Shown here: positions 8,635-12,647 of the stretch, piece after piece | Layout of the letters: the number at the start of each line of letters is the position of its first letter | How positions within the stretch are numbered: position 1 is the first letter of the stretch | From: an uncultured Eubacteriales bacterium | GTDB taxonomy: Bacteria; Bacillota; Clostridia; TANB77; RGIG9151 | NCBI GenBank assembly: GCA_964478905.1 | Contig: CAYZJZ010000026.1 | Span: forward strand, 1 to 12,647 | Length of the DNA: 12,647 nt | Reading direction: 5' to 3' | The notes under the pieces: generated by a model | Told to the model about the DNA's origin: nothing | Databases searched by the model: none | The model's input: only the letters and a program-made list of their open reading frames with translations | Translations under genes and position numbers: made by a program

Positions 8635-8663
8635 TTTACAAATTTACAACGATATTGTATCAT
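8635..8663 (+). promoter_or_regulatory. Candidate sigma-A promoter for tmk
   Basis: Plus strand: TTTACA (8635..8640), 17 nt, TATCAT (8658..8663), about 40-50 nt upstream of the tmk start. Its -10 overlaps the -10 of the divergent yaaR candidate promoter. Confidence 0.3.
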
Positions 8664-8682
8664 ACATATGAAATATAAACAA
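8654..8682 (-). promoter_or_regulatory. Candidate sigma-A promoter for yaaR-holB-ricT...
   Basis: Read on the minus strand: TTGTTT (8682..8677), 17 nt, TACAAT (8659..8654), preceded by TGA (8662..8660), which gives an extended -10. It lies about 35 nt upstream of the yaaR SD. Confidence 0.3.
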
Positions 8683-8713
8683 GAAAAAATATTTTGGAAA
8701 GGATATGAAAAAT

Positions 8714-9385
8714 ATGGGTAAAATCATAGTCATAGAAGGTTTAGACGGTTCCGGGAAGCAAACTCAATCCGAAAAATTATATAATAGATTAATAAATGAA
8801 GGATATAAAGTAAAAAAAATTGCTTATCCAAGATATGAAAATCCTTCTTCCGCTCTTGTAAAAATGTATTTATCCGGAGAATTCGGTAAAGATGCCGGGG
8901 AAATAAGTCCATATATCGCTTCTACTTTTTATGCAGTAGATAGATATGCATCATATAAACAAGACTATGAAGAATTTTATAAAGACGGTGGAATTCTTAT
9001 TTTAGATAGATATGTGACTGCAAATATGGTTCACCAATCCGGTAAAATAGATAATTTAGAGGAAAAAGAAAAATTCCTTTCTTGGCTAGCTGATTTTGAA
9101 TATGGATTATTCGGGATACCAAAACCTGACAAAGTTTTTTTCTTAAATATTCCGCCTAAAGTTAGCCAGATGCTAATAAAGAATCGTGCAAACAAATTTT
9201 CTCATGAAAAAACAAAGGATATACACGAATCAAATCAAGATTACTTAAATAAAGCATATAATAACGCATGTTATTTAATTAACAAATATAATTGGGATGA
9301 AATCGATTGCACAGAAAATGAAATTTTAAGAACAATTGAAGACATACATGAAGAAATTTATAAAAAAGCAAAAGAAATTCTATAA
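8714..9385 (+). CDS. tmk: Thymidylate kinase (dTMP kinase)
   Basis: P-loop IVIEGLDGSGKQTQ, a DRY motif (LDRYVTANMVH), and a basic LID-like segment KNRANKFSHEK. The first ATG (8705) is 1 nt from the GGAAAGGA SD (8696..8703). The second ATG at 8714 (MGKIIVIEG...) has proper spacing and is preferred. Confidence 0.9.
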   Translation: MGKIIVIEGLDGSGKQTQSEKLYNRLINEGYKVKKIAYPRYENPSSALVKMYLSGEFGKDAGEISPYIASTFYAVDRYASYKQDYEEFYKDGGILILDRYVTANMVHQSGKIDNLEEKEKFLSWLADFEYGLFGIPKPDKVFFLNIPPKVSQMLIKNRANKFSHEKTKDIHESNQDYLNKAYNNACYLINKYNWDEIDCTENEILRTIEDIHEEIYKKAKEIL

Positions 9386-9407
9386 AAGGAGCTATAAAGC
9401 TCCTTTT
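9384..9407. terminator. Bidirectional intrinsic terminator shared by convergent tmk and sigF
   Basis: 10-bp stem AAAAGGAGCT (9384..9393) / AGCTCCTTTT (9398..9407) with loop ATAA. It is T-rich 3' in both orientations and overlaps both stop codons (tmk TAA 9383..9385, sigF TAA 9408..9406). Confidence 0.7.
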
Positions 9408-10128
9408 ATTCTACCATTTTAGTTCGCATATTCTCTAATATTTTTTTCTCCATTCTAGATACTTGGACTTGAGAAATTCCTAACATATCAGCTACTTTTG
9501 TTTGGGTTGCACCTTTAAAATATCTCATAGTTATGAGTTGTTGCTCTTTAGGCTTTAATTCTGATACCAATTGCTTTAACACAATTTTCTCAAAGTCCTT
9601 ATCACTTTGCTCAATATCAGTACAAAGTTTATCAATTAAATAAATAGGGTTTTTGTCATTCTCATTAACAAGCGCATTTAACGATTCGGTCGGTCGCATT
9701 GTTTCAAGCGCCATAACAATTTCATCTTCTGAAATTTTAAGACGTTCAGATAATTCAGCAATGGTCGGATCTTCCCCATTTTTTGAAAAGAAAAAATCTA
9801 TTGCAAGTCTTATTTTTCCGGCAGTTTCTTTTAATGAGCGACTTACTTTAACTAATCCATCATCTCTCAAAAATCTTCTTATCTCCCCCATAATAAGTGG
9901 GACTGCGTATGTTGAAAATTGAGTATTAAAAGAAACATCAAATTTACGTATAGCCTTTATAAGACCTATACAACCTATTTGGTATAAATCTTCTTTATCA
10001 TAACCTCTATTTGTAAATCTCTTTACAATACTCCAAACAAGCCCAGAATTCTTTTCTACTAATAAATCCATAGCTTCTCTTGAATTATTTTGCGCTTTTA
10101 AAATTAATTCTTCATTTGTAAATTCCAT
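9406..10128 (-). CDS. sigF: Sporulation sigma factor SigF (sigma-F)
   Basis: Group-3 sigma-70 with region 2 (DLYQIGCIGLIKAIRKFD), region 3, and a region 4.2 HTH (QTKVADMLGISQVQVSRMEKKIL). It is the third gene after spoIIAA-spoIIAB, which is the canonical operon order. Confidence 0.93.
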   Translation of the reverse strand: MEFTNEELILKAQNNSREAMDLLVEKNSGLVWSIVKRFTNRGYDKEDLYQIGCIGLIKAIRKFDVSFNTQFSTYAVPLIMGEIRRFLRDDGLVKVSRSLKETAGKIRLAIDFFFSKNGEDPTIAELSERLKISEDEIVMALETMRPTESLNALVNENDKNPIYLIDKLCTDIEQSDKDFEKIVLKQLVSELKPKEQQLITMRYFKGATQTKVADMLGISQVQVSRMEKKILENMRTKMVE

Positions 10129-10205
10129 ATTTATCCCTTTCTCTTTAGTAAACAGCGAAACAAGTTCCGCACCACATTCCTTAATATTTCTACATCGAGT
10201 TATTA

Positions 10206-10673
10206 TTACATAACTCTCTCTTTTTCTTTATGTACTAAACTCTGTATATTCCTACTTATTTTTTTACTCATAGTAACGCTAGTTCCCTTGGAAATTTCAG
10301 ACTTTACTACCAAGTTGTCCATAAAGCTTTCCATAATGGTAAATCCCATTCCCGAGCGCTCTAAATCAGGTTTCGTAGTATAGAGCGGTTCTTTAGCCTT
10401 ATCTATGTCTATTATTCCTTTGCCTTTGTCTTTTACTTGAATTGTTACTGTATCATCTTTTATTTGAGCCGACACACTTATCATTCCAAGTTCATTATCA
10501 TATGCATGTACAATTGAATTAGTAACCGCTTCCGATACAGCTGTTTTTATTTCCGATAATTCTTCTATCGTCGGATCTAATTGAGAAACAAACGAGGCAA
10601 CTGCAACTCTGGCAAAGCCCTCATTAGCAGACTTGCTTAAAAATTCTATTTTCATCATATTATCGTATCCCAT
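10206..10673 (-). CDS. spoIIAB: Anti-sigma-F factor SpoIIAB (serine kinase, GHKL ATPase)
   Basis: N-box [12 protein letters not shown]1 box DKGKGI, G2 box SGMGFTIM, and the [10 protein letters not shown]-terminal region. The ATG lies 1 nt after the spoIIAA stop, with GAGGG SD 6 nt upstream. Confidence 0.93.
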   Translation of the reverse strand: MGYDNMMKIEFLSKSANEGFARVAVASFVSQLDPTIEELSEIKTAVSEAVTNSIVHAYDNELGMISVSAQIKDDTVTIQVKDKGKGIIDIDKAKEPLYTTKPDLERSGMGFTIMESFMDNLVVKSEISKGTSVTMSKKISRNIQSLVHKEKERVM

Positions 10674-10674
10674 T

Positions 10675-11025
10675 CTATACCCTCACTTTCATCTTTTTTA
10701 ATGCAATTTCTGTGTTTTCATATTCATCTAATATCTTAAATATCCCTGACATCTGAAAAATTTTCCTTACAGTCGGTTTTAATTTTACCACACTAACGCT
10801 TCCACCTTTTTTAGTAATCGACTTGTACCTTCCCATAATAAGTCCTAAGCCGGAACTATCCATAAAATTAACTCCGTCGAAATCAAAAATAAGCCTTCTA
10901 GCGCCTCTAAATTCAATTGCCAAATCTAACTTGTCCCTTATTTTTTCGCAAGTATGATGATCTATTTCTTCATTTATTTTTACAATTATTGTCTTACTTT
11001 CATTTATAAAATCTATACTTACCAT
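10675..11025 (-). CDS. spoIIAA: Anti-sigma-F factor antagonist SpoIIAA (STAS domain)
   Basis: 116-aa STAS protein with the phosphorylatable-serine motif [16 protein letters not shown] strong GGGAGGAGGAGG SD (11029..11040) precedes the ATG. Confidence 0.93.
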   Translation of the reverse strand: MVSIDFINESKTIIVKINEEIDHHTCEKIRDKLDLAIEFRGARRLIFDFDGVNFMDSSGLGLIMGRYKSITKKGGSVSVVKLKPTVRKIFQMSGIFKILDEYENTEIALKKMKVRV

Positions 11026-11049
11026 TTTCCTCCTCCTCCCAAAGCCATA

Positions 11050-11111
11050 ATTCTCTTTGAGTAAGAAGTTATCCTTTGTCGAAACAGGCTATAAATAAGT
11101 AAAATATCGAC
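11050..11111 (-). promoter_or_regulatory. spoIIA operon control region: sigma-H-like promoter plus two Spo0A-box-like heptamers
   Basis: Read on the minus strand: AAAGGATAA (-35-like; AGGATAA = 11075..11069), 15 nt, GAAT (11053..11050, context AGAGAATTA). A 0A-box heptamer TGTCGAA lies on the plus strand at 11077..11083, abutting the -35. A second, TGTCGAT, lies on the minus strand at 11111..11105. By my count the spacing is about 1 nt longer than my recollection of the B. subtilis sigma-H consensus. Confidence 0.4.
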
Positions 11112-11196
11112 ATTTATTGTTTTCTCCGCAATTTAACAAATTCCTTCCTAAATTGGTTAATTTCATACAATTTTCAATTTCCTAGTTCCGTTTCTT

Positions 11197-11305
11197 AAAA
11201 AAAATAGCTGTAAAAAACTCGCTTTTTATTGATATAAAACATTACCAAGGTGAACAAAAATCACTTTTCACAATGTTTTATTAAATTTTCGAGTTTTTTA
11301 CAGCT
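11197..11305 (-). terminator. Long composite hairpin with U8 tract: intrinsic terminator of the ECF sigma/anti-sigma operon
   Basis: Perfect 16-bp outer stem AGCTGTAAAAAACTCG (11206..11221) / CGAGTTTTTTACAGCT (11290..11305). Perfect 10-bp middle stem ATAAAACATT (11234..11243) / AATGTTTTAT (11272..11281). 7-bp apical stem AAGGTGA (11247..11253) / TCACTTT (11261..11267, one G-U) with a 7-nt loop. On the minus-strand RNA the structure is followed by A + U8 (11204..11197). Confidence 0.55.
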
Positions 11306-11316
11306 CCCTTTATTTT

Positions 11317-12180
11317 TTAATCTATCTTTTCAATTTTGATTTCTCCGTCTTGATCAAATATTTTAAATTCTTCAGTATCTATTGACTCTATTTCTTCGTC
11401 TAAGTTATCCTCTGCTTCAAACGACTTTATATACTCTTCTGCTTTCTTCGGATCAGCCTTTTTACTATCAAGTTTTAAGTTAAATAACATATTTGTTCCT
11501 TTGTAATTTCCATTTTCAAAAATACCACCTGTACTTTCTTCAAAGGTATAATGCTCATTAGTTAAAAATGTTTTATCTACAACTCCAATATAAATATTTC
11601 TATCAGCAAAATATTCTAAACTGTCACATTCAATTATTCTATATAAAATTCCGTCTATAACTTTAGCAGAATATCCGCCATGCATGGTAACTATATTATA
11701 TTGCCAAGGACTCAATCCTTCAATTAAAGGAGTAACCATAATTTCATCCTCATAAGTCATTGCTGTTCCATCTGTCTTTTCAATGGCAACAGCTACATAA
11801 GTCCTATCAGGATAAACATCCCATATAGACGATTTAAAATTACTAATACGTTCACCACTCGCAATTCCAAGTATTGTAGCTTTGTATTTTCCGTCTGTTT
11901 TTGTCTCAGAAATAATTCCACTTTCATCAAAGTATTCAGATAGTTTAGTATCTCCAAATTCATTTGCAACTTGTTTTGCATTCAAAAAGCTATGCATAGC
12001 AAAAGCACCTGTTCCAATTACGCAAATTCCTATAAGTAACGCAACCGCAGCTTTTCTCATACTAAAATTTTTACTTTCCATACTTAATTCCTCCATTTCA
12101 ATATTAAAAGGAGGTGCTATGGAAGTTTTTGCAATTTTTGCATGTTTGCGAATTCTGTTTTCAAATTCATCCATTTTCAT
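11317..12180 (-). CDS. Single-pass membrane protein, putative anti-sigma factor cognate to the upstream ECF sigma (function inferred from context)
   Basis: The ATG (12180..12178) overlaps the sigma-factor TGA (12179..12177) in an ATGA junction. The protein has a ~42-aa N-terminal cytoplasmic segment, one TM helix (KAAVALLIGICVIGTGAFAMHSF, about nt 11986..12054), a ~220-aa C-terminal domain of unassigned family, and an acidic tail. There is no HxxxCxxC zinc motif. Confidence 0.7.
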   Translation of the reverse strand: MKMDEFENRIRKHAKIAKTSIAPPFNIEMEELSMESKNFSMRKAAVALLIGICVIGTGAFAMHSFLNAKQVANEFGDTKLSEYFDESGIISETKTDGKYKATILGIASGERISNFKSSIWDVYPDRTYVAVAIEKTDGTAMTYEDEIMVTPLIEGLSPWQYNIVTMHGGYSAKVIDGILYRIIECDSLEYFADRNIYIGVVDKTFLTNEHYTFEESTGGIFENGNYKGTNMLFNLKLDSKKADPKKAEEYIKSFEAEDNLDEEIESIDTEEFKIFDQDGEIKIEKID

Positions 12181-12647
12181 CTCAAAACATCTCCTTCCAA
12201 AATTCTTTTTAATTCCAACAATGCATTTTTTGTTCTGTATTTTACCGTCGACAGCGGTAATTTTAATGTTTCAGCCATTTCTTTATATGTCATATCATTG
12301 TAAAAACAAAGAGTTATGTATATAGATTGCTTAGGACTTAATTTACACATTGCTTCTACTACCTCTAATTCCTCTATTGGCATATCGTAAAATGCTTCCA
12401 GCTCATCTGAAAATTCTTCACTATATCTTTGTTTTTTTAAAAAGTCTTTGCTTTTATTTATTACAATACGAGTAAGCCACGTTTTGAAAAAAGCTATGTT
12501 TTTTAATTTATTAAATGATTTAAATGCTGATAAAACAGCTTCTTGTACACAGTCCTTCGCGTCTTCCGTATTGTGTAAATACCCAATTGCAACTAAAAAC
12601 AATGATTTTTCGATTTTCTTGTATTCCTGTTCGAACAGTTCACGCAA
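12177..12647 (-). CDS. ECF-type RNA polymerase sigma-70 factor (5' end runs off the window)
   Basis: Region 2 (DAKDCVQEAVLSAFKSF...FKTWLTRIVINKSKDFLKKQ) and region 4 HTH (MTYKEMAETLKLPLSTVKYRTKNALLELKRIL), with no region 3, and ECF-like size. The reading frame is open to the window edge, so the N-terminus is incomplete by probably only a few residues. Confidence 0.9.
   Translation of the reverse strand: MRELFEQEYKKIEKSLFLVAIGYLHNTEDAKDCVQEAVLSAFKSFNKLKNIAFFKTWLTRIVINKSKDFLKKQRYSEEFSDELEAFYDMPIEELEVVEAMCKLSPKQSIYITLCFYNDMTYKEMAETLKLPLSTVKYRTKNALLELKRILEGDVLR

Noticed and set aside
8607-8663. 19-codon N-terminal extension of yaaR starting at ATG 8663
   Set aside because: No Shine-Dalgarno precedes 8663. 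A strong GAGGAGGAG lies inside the extension, correctly spaced for TTG 8606. The extension would also overlap the best candidate promoters.
8730-8912. 60-aa minus-strand ORF
   Set aside because: It is antisense inside tmk, where the P-loop and DRY motifs define the true frame. This is a shadow ORF.
9653-9922. 89-aa plus-strand ORF
   Set aside because: It is antisense inside sigF, with serine-rich junk translation.
11089-11166. 25-codon minus-strand sORF (MKLTNLGRNLLNCGENNKCRYFTYL) in the spoIIA upstream region
   Set aside because: It has only a distant, weak AGGAAA about 13 nt upstream. It runs through the Spo0A-box region and lies upstream of the preferred promoter. It is most likely chance, though it cannot be excluded without conservation or Ribo-seq data.
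11120-11190. Alternative sigma-H-like promoters (AGGAAATT...GAAAT and AGGAATTT...GAAAA on the minus strand)
   Set aside because: Their -10 elements lack the GAAT core (GAAAT and GAAAA). They would also place both 0A boxes downstream of the start site, which is atypical for Spo0A activation. They are kept only as alternatives to the proximal candidate.
11250-11342. 30-codon GTG-initiated plus-strand ORF inside and after the long hairpin
   Set aside because: It has no SD, a non-ATG start, lies within a structured palindrome, and runs antisense into the anti-sigma gene 3' end.
11793-11981. 62-aa minus-strand ORF
   Set aside because: It is on the same strand as the 287-aa putative anti-sigma gene but in a different frame, and lies wholly inside it. 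There is no independent RBS, and the longer frame is coupled to the sigma gene.
11882-12325. 147-aa plus-strand ORF spanning the sigma/anti-sigma junction
   Set aside because: It is antisense to two genes with good coding evidence. Its F/L/I/S-rich translation is typical of the reverse complement of AT-rich coding DNA. No SD or promoter was seen.
1-12647. Search for CRISPR repeats, tRNA/rRNA, IS/transposase/integrase genes, riboswitch-sized leaders, toxin-antitoxin or defence-type genes
   Set aside because: No regularly spaced direct repeats are present, and no cloverleaf-capable conserved tRNA segments occur in the short intergenic gaps. No recombinase-like ORFs were seen. All intergenic regions except 11026..11316 are under 110 nt. 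All long ORFs are accounted for by housekeeping or sporulation functions.

Overview
This is a visibly AT-rich chromosomal segment from an endospore-forming Firmicute, probably Clostridia-like. Genes are tightly packed and all but one lie on the minus strand. Content is core housekeeping and sporulation. Reading the minus strand from high to low coordinates: a 5'-truncated ECF sigma factor translationally coupled to a single-pass membrane protein (putative anti-sigma); a ~100-nt hairpin terminator; and the spoIIAA-spoIIAB-sigF operon with a sigma-H/Spo0A-type control region. Then comes a convergent plus-strand tmk sharing a bidirectional terminator with sigF. Next are yaaR(DUF327)-holB-ricT(yaaT)-membrane TPR protein-trxA, a hairpin, murG, an AI-2E/YtvI-like permease and recG, followed by a near-consensus promoter reading out of the window. 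I saw no tRNA/rRNA, CRISPR array, transposase/integrase or recognisable defence/toxin genes, and I find no convincing evidence for a novel multi-gene system. The parts with genuinely unassigned biology are the ECF sigma partner protein, the membrane-anchored TPR protein inside the holB/ricT cluster, an unusually short P-loop-less delta-prime, and the long composite hairpin at 11.2-11.3 kb. Several ORF-track starts (recG, trxA, holB, yaaR, tmk) appear over-extended, and I moved them using Shine-Dalgarno placement.
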